This document shows positions 9,186-18,902 of a stretch of DNA of 64,000 bases, piece after piece. The position numbers and the translations under genes were made by a program. Location: NCBI GenBank assembly GCA_963845085.1, contig CAWJQI010000001.1, positions 1 through 64,000 on the forward strand, in the 5' to 3' direction. The stretch comes from Candidatus Fermentibacterota bacterium (GTDB lineage Bacteria > Fermentibacterota > Fermentibacteria > Fermentibacterales > JCC-6). Within the stretch, counting starts at the first letter, position 1. Each line of letters starts with the position of its first letter. The notes under the pieces are model-generated. The model worked only from the letters and a program-made list of their open reading frames with translations, was not told where the DNA came from and ran no database searches.

Positions 9186-10001
9186 GTGGCGGAACAGGGA
9201 ATGGCGGTGAGTACCTCATGCGAGCTTGTTGGTCTGTCGAGATCGGCATGGTACAAGCCTGTCCGGGACTGGCTGGAGTACGACAGGGAGCTTATCGAGG
9301 CGCTGCAGGAGTTGGTGGTGCTTTACAACCGCTGGGGTTTTTGGAAGTACTACGGCCGGCTTCGTCTCGACGGCCGTCAGTGGAATCACAAGAGGGTTCA
9401 CCGGGTGTACCGGGAACTCGGCCTGAACATGAGGCGGAAGACAAAGAAGAGGATACCCACCAGGGATCCGTTGCCCATGGAAGCGCCGGCAGAGCCCAAC
9501 GTGATCTGGTCTCTGGACTTTATGCACGATGCTCTTTACATAGGACGGCGGTTCAGAACGCTGAACGTGCTTGATGAGGGGGTAAGGGAGATATTGGACA
9601 TCGAGATTGACACGTCGCTTCCGGGAGAACGGGTCGTGCAGGTATTGGAACGTTTGAAGTACTGGAGGGGTCTTCCGCAGGCGATCCGTTGCGACAACGG
9701 TCCTGAGCTTCTGAGCCAGGTGTTCGTTGACTGGTGCGAGGAGAACGGAGTGGAACTGAGGCACATCGAGCCCGGCAAGCCGAATCAGAACGCCTTCATC
9801 GAGAGGTTCAACAAAACCTACAGGAACGAGGTTCTTGACGCATACCTGTTCGAGAGCCTGGAGGATGTTCGGAGAATAACGGAGAGGTGGATCGATGAGT
9901 ATAACGAGCAGCGGCCCCATGACTCCTTAAAAGGCTTGCCGCCAACGATGTATCGTGAAATGATAACCCGGGAAGTGTCACTCTATGAAGTGTCTACCTA
10001 A
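9186..10001 (+). CDS. IS3 transposase OrfB (rve/DDE), probably joined to OrfA by a -1 frameshift
   Basis: NHKRVHRVY, WSLDFMHD, IRCDNGPE, PGKPNQNAFIERFN, YNEQRPHDSL. Confidence 0.95.
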   Translation: MAEQGMAVSTSCELVGLSRSAWYKPVRDWLEYDRELIEALQELVVLYNRWGFWKYYGRLRLDGRQWNHKRVHRVYRELGLNMRRKTKKRIPTRDPLPMEAPAEPNVIWSLDFMHDALYIGRRFRTLNVLDEGVREILDIEIDTSLPGERVVQVLERLKYWRGLPQAIRCDNGPELLSQVFVDWCEENGVELRHIEPGKPNQNAFIERFNKTYRNEVLDAYLFESLEDVRRITERWIDEYNEQRPHDSLKGLPPTMYREMITREVSLYEVST

Positions 10002-10238
10002 TGGGGAAGCCTACGATCTCTCAAACAAATGTGTCTTTGACAGGTATGCCAATGCTTGCTGATGCTTCTGCATTTCGCGCTCAGAAATGTATCATGCATG
10101 CTCAGAACTGCTTTTTAGCAAATCATTGCTATTCTTATTATTGTTGTTGCTACTTGAATAGTTGCTACTATAATCATCAATAAACACCATGTGCTTTTCT
10201 TTACTTTATTGTTCTCGACCATTGTAATTAGTCCTATG

Positions 10239-10511
10239 TTAACTAGTATCATGCTTATGTATATGATCATTGTTGTTTGAAACTAAATCTGAACTTATTC
10301 CATTAATATTAATTGTCATGCCCCAAATGCAATTTGCAATATAGGCTGTAGGCAGCTGTGCGTGAAAGATACTAATATTTTCTATTATGATGTATTTTCC
10401 GTCTTTTTCCCTGATCTCTGGTTTTGTTCTTACATCACCCAACAAGTAATAGAACCATGGCAAGAACAATGGCAAAACCATTGCTGCAAATACATTTACT
10501 GGTATATTCAT
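10239..10511 (-). CDS. Small hypothetical membrane protein (AT-rich)
   Basis: 90 aa ORF with a hydrophobic N-terminus; ATGA overlap with the upstream ORF. Confidence 0.45.
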   Translation of the reverse strand: MNIPVNVFAAMVLPLFLPWFYYLLGDVRTKPEIREKDGKYIIIENISIFHAQLPTAYIANCIWGMTININGISSDLVSNNNDHIHKHDTS

Positions 10512-11170
10512 ATTCCACCATTATTAGAACTAATAAATCGCTTCATTTCTTCATCTCTATCTTTCAGTATTAGATTCCAAATATTTCGATAAGCATATAT
10601 TTCAGATATTTTTCTTTTGATGTCGATAAATGGTTGTAAGAAATTAATGTACTCCATATTGACATTGACAATACTATATTTATATAATAACCCTAACTTA
10701 TAAAACTTCTCAATAGCATCATTGTAGAGGTGAACGTAATCCTTTTTAATAAAATATATTCCGGGTTGCTTGCCAAGTTGCCCAGACCACTCGATAATAT
10801 TTATATCATTCAAACAGGCCTTACTTCGTCTGATGTCTTGAGTAGTCACAGGATTGCCCTCATCCACGCATGTATCCTCAATATCCATAAATAGCATGCT
10901 AATCGCCAATATTCTAGCTAATTCTCTATCGATTACACTCTTACTTGTAAGATCGAGTTCTTTGAATAGCGCTCTATCACTCGGTAAGGGTCCGTTCAGC
11001 GGCACATTGACATTGTAATTAGTAATTATGTCCATAAACGTTTTTAACTCAATTTGATATATTATATCTATATTTAGAAAACTAATACTCACTTTGTTGT
11101 CGGAAATTGTTGTATTTAGCTCATGAAGTGAATTATCTCTATCGTAACCAGAAATACTAATTTTCATCAC
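10508..11170 (-). CDS. Hypothetical protein (AT-rich)
   Basis: 220 aa open frame in very AT-rich DNA, GAGGAG ribosome-binding site upstream. Confidence 0.65.
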   Translation of the reverse strand: MMKISISGYDRDNSLHELNTTISDNKVSISFLNIDIIYQIELKTFMDIITNYNVNVPLNGPLPSDRALFKELDLTSKSVIDRELARILAISMLFMDIEDTCVDEGNPVTTQDIRRSKACLNDINIIEWSGQLGKQPGIYFIKKDYVHLYNDAIEKFYKLGLLYKYSIVNVNMEYINFLQPFIDIKRKISEIYAYRNIWNLILKDRDEEMKRFISSNNGGI

Positions 11171-11483
11171 ATCTCCTCGCCATACATGTCGCTATCGCTA
11201 TTGTTAAATGACCTTTAAGCGTCGATTCGTTCATTACAATATCTCCTGTAGTAAATAGAATAGTTTCAATGAAATGAAAGTCAATAGCAACGACTTTCTG
11301 ACCAACCCCCACAATTCCCTCCACATTTCAAGATAGCCTCGGGAGAGGTTCACTGACGCATAATGTATGCTTCCGAGTCACCAAAGCAAGGTCTGATTGG
11401 GAAATCGAAAACGGAGGCGAAGTAGCGGCTATAGTACCGCACAACAGCATCTTTGAAACCATATCAGGCTCCCGCAAGAACCT

Positions 11484-12137
11484 CTAAGGAGCCTTCTTCT
11501 CCCACCTTCTCTGATTCAGCCATGTTTCCGCAAAGGTGAAGTGTTCTGGATCCTCGGTGAAGAAGGTTTGCTTCAACTGAGAGTGAAGGCCGGCAATGAT
11601 CACTTCAGGATCAATTGTTTCAGTGATCTTCGTAAACCTGTCATAGGCATTTGTCTTTCCCAATTTCTTTGGGTAAAAGCTCCAGAACTCTGAGAACTCC
11701 TTGCTGTAGGGTTTCGTGCCATGCTTCATCCTGAGAACAGGTTTCTTTGTGGGCTTCTCGGGTACTGTATCATCAGTATTGTTTGACTGATGTTTCTCTT
11801 GTATCATGGTGATATCTGGCTGCAACGCTACTGGATCACTAGATTCACTCTCTGTGTCAGTCTGCTCCAGCCATTTTGCCAGCTCACCCAAGTGCCTCTG
11901 AACGTTTGCTTCGTCCATCCTGAGTCGGAAGGCCAGTTCCCTAAGGTCAGGGAGGTTGCCTTCCCTCTCGGGGTCTTCACTGGCGACGAGCCACAGCATG
12001 ACAAGTGTCTTGGCAGTGTCACCCGAGAGGTCGAACCAGTCACGGCTGCTGAGAAGATCCTTGTTGAGCTTTACCCAGGGGGCATTGCGGTCCTTGAAGT
12101 GCTTGAATTTCTCCCAATCCCGTACTCTGTACCGCAT
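11484..12137 (-). CDS. Phage/plasmid-type replication initiator (replisome-organiser-like)
   Basis: N-terminal RVRDWEKFKHFKDRNAPWVKL plus wHTH-like segment; C-terminal FSEFWSFYPKKLGK...TWLNQRRWE; AAGGAG ribosome-binding site. Confidence 0.7.
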   Translation of the reverse strand: MRYRVRDWEKFKHFKDRNAPWVKLNKDLLSSRDWFDLSGDTAKTLVMLWLVASEDPEREGNLPDLRELAFRLRMDEANVQRHLGELAKWLEQTDTESESSDPVALQPDITMIQEKHQSNNTDDTVPEKPTKKPVLRMKHGTKPYSKEFSEFWSFYPKKLGKTNAYDRFTKITETIDPEVIIAGLHSQLKQTFFTEDPEHFTFAETWLNQRRWEKKAP

Positions 12138-12491
12138 AGCTATCTCCTTTACTGATAGATACATGAGTTCCTCTTCATTGCAGTAACATAGTGCTATACA
12201 AATGTGATGTCAATACGATATCTTATCGGTATATATGTGTGATCATCCGTATGCATTCATGTTTTGCGTCTTCGCGAGAGCGTAAACCTTTCAGAATCGC
12301 ACAGTATGCCTAAAGCAGCCCTTCACCGAGTGAGGCATGCAGGCCTGAACAGTGCTTCAGTTCAGAAAAGCTTTCCATGGTTTTCAGGGGGTGTTGCGTC
12401 CATTGCAGAAGCGGGTACAATTGTTTTGAAAGATCTGCAGCCTGAGGGGTAACTGTTGTACTTGTGCCGGTATTGAAAGGAGAGATACGGA

Positions 12492-12977
12492 ATGAGACCG
12501 AAAAAGTTGGATGGCTTCAGGCAAGAAATCATCAGCGAAGTCGTTTACAAAGGGGTGCCCGTGAAGGACGTTGCCAAAAGGCACGGTGTCTCCCGGTCAA
12601 CGATCACCCGCAATCTCGCTTCTTGGGGTGTGTCCTTCCCGGTACACCTTACGGTCTATCCGTGGCGTGACGGATGGTACCAGAGCAAGACTATTCTTGC
12701 CAAGGACCTTCCTCAGTCACTCATTGCGATTAACAGGAGCGACCTGCTCGAGTTCACGAGGAGGTATGACCGGAACGCTCTTTGCTTCATTTTCGGAGTG
12801 GACCTGCCTACTCTGGAGAAAGCCTTCGATTACCATTGCCTCTACATTGAGTACAACCCTGGCGAGATGGTCGACCATGCATATGGCCCCATTGAGAAAC
12901 TGTTCAACGCAAGGCGGAGAGCAGCGAGAAGAGGGCAAAGCTACGATCCAGGCACAAAGAAGAAAGGCACTCCCTGA
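12492..12977 (+). CDS. HTH-containing hypothetical protein, divergent from the rep gene
   Basis: GVPVKDVAKRHGVSRSTITRNL helix-turn-helix; AAGGAG ribosome-binding site. Confidence 0.65.
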   Translation: MRPKKLDGFRQEIISEVVYKGVPVKDVAKRHGVSRSTITRNLASWGVSFPVHLTVYPWRDGWYQSKTILAKDLPQSLIAINRSDLLEFTRRYDRNALCFIFGVDLPTLEKAFDYHCLYIEYNPGEMVDHAYGPIEKLFNARRRAARRGQSYDPGTKKKGTP

Positions 12978-13588
12978 GACGAGATCACACGTGGCTGGAA
13001 GCAACCATAAGGCACCATTCCCTGATGAGCATCAGAAGGACGGGTCTCCAATGCCACCTGAATCTGCAGGTACATTCCCGGCCTGTCCGGACCATTATTC
13101 TCAATTCATCATTTTCGGGCTTCTTCGGCATACCGTACGAGAAAACCGTTGAATTTTGAAATCTGAGAACGATAACGCGTAATGTTATGTTAGACAATCA
13201 TATACGGCTGCGAAGAGGCAAATGATATCTTTGGTGAAATTCAAGGCATTTTTTTATACAGGATCTTTTCGCCTGATGTGCAGTATGGAACGTTCCTGAA
13301 TTCCTTGATCTGAGTCCGAAATCGACCATTTTCAAAAAAACAAGGTTGCTCCGAAAGTGATGCAAAACCCCCCCGACTCCATCTTGCTCCTCAACTAAGA
13401 CGAATCGTTGCTGTATCTACATGCAGTTCATTAGTTTATCGGGTACTTGGTTGTCACTAGTAACAACCGGCTCTTTCATCAGGAATAGACCCGGTTTTAC
13501 CCCCTGGAGTTGCCTTCAAGAAACTGGCTTCTTCAGAGGGACATTTCGTCCTGGAGTATGGTGTTTGATTCCAGCCTCATGATTCATC

Positions 13589-13700
13589 TGAACCGCCCCG
13601 GGATTACCGGAGACATTTCGCTGCGAGGGGATGGTTTTGGGACAGCGGAACAGATTTCCGGCAGAGGTTTCGAGAGCGGGCGGTTCGGCTGGTGGAGAGG
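13589..13700 (+). mobile_element. IS3-family (IS629-like) left-end remnant
   Basis: TGAACCGCCCCGGGATTACCGGAGAC terminal repeat, then a frameshifted orfA start (NRFPAEV/RERAVRLVE). Confidence 0.7.
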
Positions 13701-13743
13701 CTATGCATTGTTATCAAGAGCATGACCTTATCAGAAAGTGGTT

Positions 13744-14037
13744 TTACACGCTTCCTACCTTGATGACCCTCTCCACTTCCCTTCGTATCTCCGACAGTTC
13801 CTTCGCCTTCTCCGGATTCGTATTGAGGTCATGGACGAAGCTTTCCAATATCTCTCGTCTCGCCGGTCCTGCCACAGGCACTCCCTTGATGGTCAGCAGA
13901 AACAGCCTTGGGTGGTCCCAGGGCACGATTTCCATGTCGTCGGCAAGTTGGAACGCTTTTGGAGCCTCCGGGCCTGAGTACTCGACGAGCTTGCCACAGA
14001 CAATGAGCTGACCGATCATCAAACCTTCATGTTCCAC
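13744..14037 (-). CDS. Hypothetical protein
   Basis: 97 aa ORF co-oriented with its neighbours. Confidence 0.4.
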   Translation of the reverse strand: MEHEGLMIGQLIVCGKLVEYSGPEAPKAFQLADDMEIVPWDHPRLFLLTIKGVPVAGPARREILESFVHDLNTNPEKAKELSEIRREVERVIKVGSV

Positions 14038-14080
14038 CTTGAATCTGCCTTAAGGCATGCCGAATCATCAACTCATATGT

Positions 14081-14362
14081 CTAGTCCTCTTCATCATCTT
14101 TCGCCAGCTTCGCAGAAGCAGCCTCGCTTAATAGGACCTTACCGGCAGTCTCAAGTAATTCTGGTAGGTTCTTCTCAACTCCCTTGGTAAAGTTATGTAT
14201 TTTGTCCTTGAGTTTTGTTTTGTGATCTGCTCCTTTCTTCTCTGCTCTGCTGACATAATAGTAAAGTTTCTCAAGATCATTTTCACGGGGTTCAATACCT
14301 AGTTCAACTGCCTTTTTTACGCGAGCCTCATATTTTCTAATCTTGTCTCCATAGGTAGACAT
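14081..14362 (-). CDS. Hypothetical charged helical protein
   Basis: AAGGAG ribosome-binding site then MSTYGDKIRKYE; directly downstream of the uvrD-like gene. Confidence 0.6.
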   Translation of the reverse strand: MSTYGDKIRKYEARVKKAVELGIEPRENDLEKLYYYVSRAEKKGADHKTKLKDKIHNFTKGVEKNLPELLETAGKVLLSEAASAKLAKDDEED

Positions 14363-14381
14363 CTTCACTCCTTTCGACTCT

Positions 14382-16343
14382 CTAGTACACATCCTTCAGC
14401 GACGCCAATCCACCTGCCCGGCCTAATTGCCAGTCGTGGATCTTCTTCTCGACGAGATCACCGGGCACATCCGCCAGAAAGTATTCCTCGCCCTTGGTTG
14501 GGCTATTGGTCATGTAGAAGCCTCCGCGAGTGTCTGTGGAACGAGTGACATACAACACATCCTTGGCCCTGGTACAGGCCACATACAGAACCCTTCGCTC
14601 CTCTTCCTCGGAATCGAGATCCCCGAAGCTGCGTGAGTGCGGATAAGTTCCTGGTTTGGCGTTCACAACGAAGCAGATTCTTGATTCTGTTCCCTTGGCA
14701 CTGTGTACCGTAATAAGAGTCACGACATCTTCTTCTTCCAGCTTGTTGATCTCGGTGTTCGTCATGGGTTCCAGCGTGAAATCATCAATGAGCTCGGAAA
14801 GTGTACTGTACCTTTCGGAAACCTCCACAAGAAGTTCAAGGTCCAGGCTACGCTGCTGCCACTTGTCATATCGATCCTTCAAAATCGGTGTCAACTCCTT
14901 GATTGCAGTGGAAACACAGGGTTTCGGTCTGTTTTGCAGCACAAGGGTATTGTGATAGGCAAGAACTGCAGGGTGGTCTTGACCAAACTGTTGAGTCAAT
15001 ATCTGCAGTGCATCCGTGTCCTGTTCAGTGGTGATCCTGTTCAGAAGCTTTCAGCAGTCTTCGTTCCTACCCGGGGCCACAGCATGAGATAGCGGGTCCA
15101 GGCAAGTTCGTCTCGGGTGTTCCTCACGATCCGAGCAGGGCTAGTACATCCCTCACATGACTGACTGTGTGATTTTGGTGCCCCCGATGTACCTGTAAGG
15201 GATCTGCCTCTGAAGAAACTCCGCCTCGAAAGGCCTTGCATCAAAGGATGACCGCACAAGAACCATCATGTCACGGTATTGGTGCCGCAGTCCGTCTTTT
15301 CAAGATGGTATCCGCAACCCAGCTCGATTCCGCCTCGGAGCTGTAAAAGTCATGCAACTCGGGCATGAAGCCTGCCAAAAGCCGCTACTGCCGACAGACG
15401 GTTCCCCATATTCGAAGGGAGACTGTTTCAGCAGCCAGTTCGATAAGTCCAGAATCTCCTGATGGCTCCGGTAGTTCAGTGTAAGTTGAAGCACGGCTTG
15501 CATTGTCGGAAAGATATCGGTGAAGCTGATAGACATGCTTGAACTCGGCTCCCCGGAATCCGTAGATGGACTGAGCCGGGTCACCCACACAGAAGAGCCT
15601 CTGCACCTTGGATGGGAAATGATGAAGAATGCGGAACTGAAGAGGGTTGGTGTCCTGCATTTCGTCCACAAGAACTTCGTCGTAAAGGGCTGTAATGGCT
15701 TTTCTGAGCTCGGCTTCCGGGTAAGGGCTGAATGAAAGCATTCAAGAAGGTCGTCGAAATCCAGGTAGCCCCGTTTTTTCTTCTGCTTCTCATACTCGAT
15801 GAAAATTCTGCAAAAAAGATCGATATGTCAGGTTCAATGTCAGCGAATGAGGAAGGTAGTTGTCCGGGCTCTGGCAGGTGTTCCTGCTGTAGGAAAGGTA
15901 TTTGATCAGATCTGAAGGGGAAGCCATTGCCCTGACCTGGTCCCTGGTAAGTTTCGAGGTGAACTGCTTCTGGACACGCCGCATCAGCGCTTCCTGGTCA
16001 TCAGCGTCAATAATGCTCAACCCGGTGATGTCGAAACTTTGAGGCATGTGGTTCAATGCCTTGTAGCAGAAGGAATGAAATGTCCCGGCCTGGATCTCAT
16101 CGACAAGGGGGCCGATGTCACGTTTCATGCGACCCTTCATCTCCCGGGCGGCGCGGTTCGTGAAGGTCATCATCAGGATTCTGGAGGGGGACGTCCCTGT
16201 CTTCACCAGGTGAACGGCCCGGGCAATGATGGTCTTGGTTTTTCCACAACCGGCGCCGGCGGTAACAAGAAGGCACTGGGCATCACCAGAGTATGATGAT
16301 GCTGCTTGCTGTTGATCGTTTAGCTCCACGGCACAGTTTTCAT
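14382..16343 (-). pseudogene. UvrD/Rep/PcrA-family SF1 helicase split by several frameshifts
   Basis: AGAGCGKT, MTFTNRAAREM, GTFHSF, LVDEMQDTN, VGDPAQSIYGFRG, LNYRS, ITVHSAKGTE and EEERRVLYVACTRAK across four frames. Confidence 0.85.
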
Positions 16344-16734
16344 AGGAGTATCCTCCTGGAAGAAGAAGGTCCGCCCTGTTGGTGAACATAGTTTTCCGGG
16401 TGGAGCGTGGCTACCCGAAGGGAGAAGGTAGGCGAGCACATCCTCCTGTCGGCACGCTGAATCATGAAGAGCCCATGGAGCCTTCTGTGGTTCCTTACAG
16501 GGCACTATTCGGCCTCAGTAGTGTAAACGTGGCTGTGAGGCTTCACAGAGCCTCAGATGGGTCTTGAAACGGGTGGTTCATCATGGACTCCAACGCCAAC
16601 ATGATTCGGCTACCTGTTATTGACCCTCCGGTTGATTGGCATAATCTTTCACCGGTAAATGCGTGTCATAAAGAACGGTCTGATTATCAAAGCCTCTGGT
16701 TTCTTGGTCTCCCAAGCAGGAAAAAGAACCCATT

Positions 16735-16885
16735 GCCATTATAAATAACGGTGACGTTCTCAGGAAAGAAGCTGGCTGCACCACAGAGCTTGACTACACT
16801 GAGCAGTCCTTATGGCATCTCTTCCTGGATTACGTCTCCGACGCCTTTGGCGAGCAGTATGCCCAGTTGGAGGCGCATCGTGCCT
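16735..16885 (+). pseudogene. hsdM: Type I R-M HsdM N-terminal fragment
   Basis: Reads GDVLRKEAGCTTELDYTEQSLWHLFLDYVSDAFGEQYAQLEAHRA. Confidence 0.7.
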
Positions 16886-17000
16886 TGGAGGCTCCCGACA
16901 AGAACCGGGCTTACAACATTTTCTGGGCGCAACTTGCGGGCGGTTAAGTGCTCGGTCCTGCCAACACTATTCAGATGTCTGGCGGGCTTCTCCGTGTCAA

Positions 17001-18895
17001 TTACTTGGGTGGCGTTGCTTTCCATGCATCGTTCCAGTAGCCGCGTTCTATAACGCCAAGTTCGCTCGCCTGTGGTGTGGGCCCACCATAGACGGTCGCC
17101 CTCGAAAGCTCGCGGTTGAACATAATGCAGTTGTGCTCGCGGTGGGTGCAGCCCGAGCAACTGCCGCCTTCGTCCGTACAAATCGGGTCATAGATACACT
17201 CGTGACTAGATTGCAGGGCATCCAACAGCCAGGTTTTCAGGCGCTGTTCGAATAGTGTTGTCAGTCCGCCTATCTTCGTTTCTGCGTACCGGTTCGCGTA
17301 GAGAATGAACGACAGCGACCCCGGCACTAAGTACTCACCGACGCTCGAGGGTGCAAAGCCCGACCACTCAATTCGGTGCAGGAAGATGTGGCTGAGCGTG
17401 TGCAACAACGTCCGTAGCGCTACCGCCGCGGGGTCCCCATGCGATGGTTGGTAAGACGCCTCCTGAATGCCAGGCACCTTGGCGTAAAGCCAGGCCCACG
17501 CTGATTCAGCCGCATCCGGCTTCAGACCGCCAGCCAGACCGTTGTCGATGAGCCATGCAACAGCTTGGACCGGGTCGAGTTGGAACCATAGTGCCTCGGT
17601 CTCCGAGCTCATCGTGAATAACGGAATCTTACCCCGATCATCAGCGGGGAAAGGCGTCAGCACAGTGCGCGCCGGATCACGCGATATCCGCGTGTAACCG
17701 AAGGCGCAAAGCGCAAGTGGAAAATCATTGATGACACGAATGGCCTGGATACCCATCAAGGATCTCGCCGTGTTCTGGGCATCCAGGATATCATGGCTCC
17801 GGCGTCATCCTGGCGTCGGCGCAACATTTCAGCAACGTCATCGATGCTGCACAGGCTAGTCTTGTCAAGCAGCGTTGTGTGCTCGATGAGCCAGCGCCTT
17901 GGCGTTTTTTCCCCTACTGCTCCCTGTTGCGTTAAAAGCTCGTCGACATGATCCAGATAGCTCTGGCCGGGAGGCCGGCTACACTTGGCATCCCACTTGC
18001 GAACTTCTTCATGGTCGGGGTCAAAGCTGCGAAGTGCCTCGACCATCGCAGATGTTGACGAATCATTGCTGTTTCTGCTCATCTCGTCGCGATCACGCAG
18101 AACCTGGGCGACGGGATGACAGAGCAGTCCCCAGACGCGGGCGAGCATTAGTCGAGTGGTCTCCTGTGCAGCGTGAGGATGACCTTGCGTGTCTTCCGTA
18201 AAGTTTATAAACGCCACAGTATGCGGCACATACAGTCATGGGTCTCCGGTTCGGAACGATCTTAAGCCACTTCTCAGGTTGGCGCCCCGGAGGAAGGGAA
18301 TCGTTATAGGCGCAATTACACGGCGTCATGCGTAATGCCTGGATGTCGGTGTTGCATTGAGCGCAATACCAGCGAGCTTGCTTGACACGGCCGGGGTCGT
18401 AGAACGCAAGATGCTCGGGACCATGGCCCTTGGGGCACCCCTGTAAAGGCAGGAATATCTCCTCCAGGCGGCCACAGTTGTGCGCCTGCACATACCGTAG
18501 ACGGTTCATCTTGCCGCCGCAAATGCAGCACTTTCCATTAGTTGCCGCTCCTCGCCGCATCAGGTCCGAGAAACGAGCAGTGCGCTGCACTTCGCCACAA
18601 AAGAAGACCTCCGGATAGGGCGTAAACCGGACCTCCCTTGGCGTACCGACAACGTATTTCACGCGCTTTGCCGAATCGCGCGGGTCAGGGTATTTGTCGG
18701 TGAACCGCGGGTTCGACCACATGGCCAACGCGTCGGCAATGGCACTGAACAGCGCGATCTTATTCACGTCAACCTCGCCCAGTGCGACACTGGTTACTTT
18801 GCATAGGCCGTAGTCGTCATGCTCGAAGATGGCCTCGGAAGGTACCGAAACAGGACCTGGGTAACACCGCGTGAGAAGCCTTTGCTGGATGCCAT
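17001..18895 (-). CDS. DrmB-like DUF1998 (MrfA Zn-binding) protein, split by about three frameshifts
   Basis: Starts MASSKGFSRGVTQVLFRYLP; CxxC clusters; LLHTLSHIFL; C-terminal CIYDPIC...CSGC; follows the DrmA-like helicase. Confidence 0.75.
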
Positions 18896-18902
18896 TGTTA
18901 CT

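Larger units (their letters stand above)
8819..10015 (+). mobile_element. Intact IS3-family insertion sequence (IS407-like)
   Basis: Terminal inverted repeats CGTAGGCTTCCCC / GGGGAAGCCTACG, 4-bp target duplication ATCT (8815-8818 and 10016-10019), orfA/orfB with an A6G slippery site. Confidence 0.95.

Noticed and set aside
14382..16343. Gabija system
   Set aside because: UvrD-like gene present but no adjacent OLD/TOPRIM ATPase-nuclease
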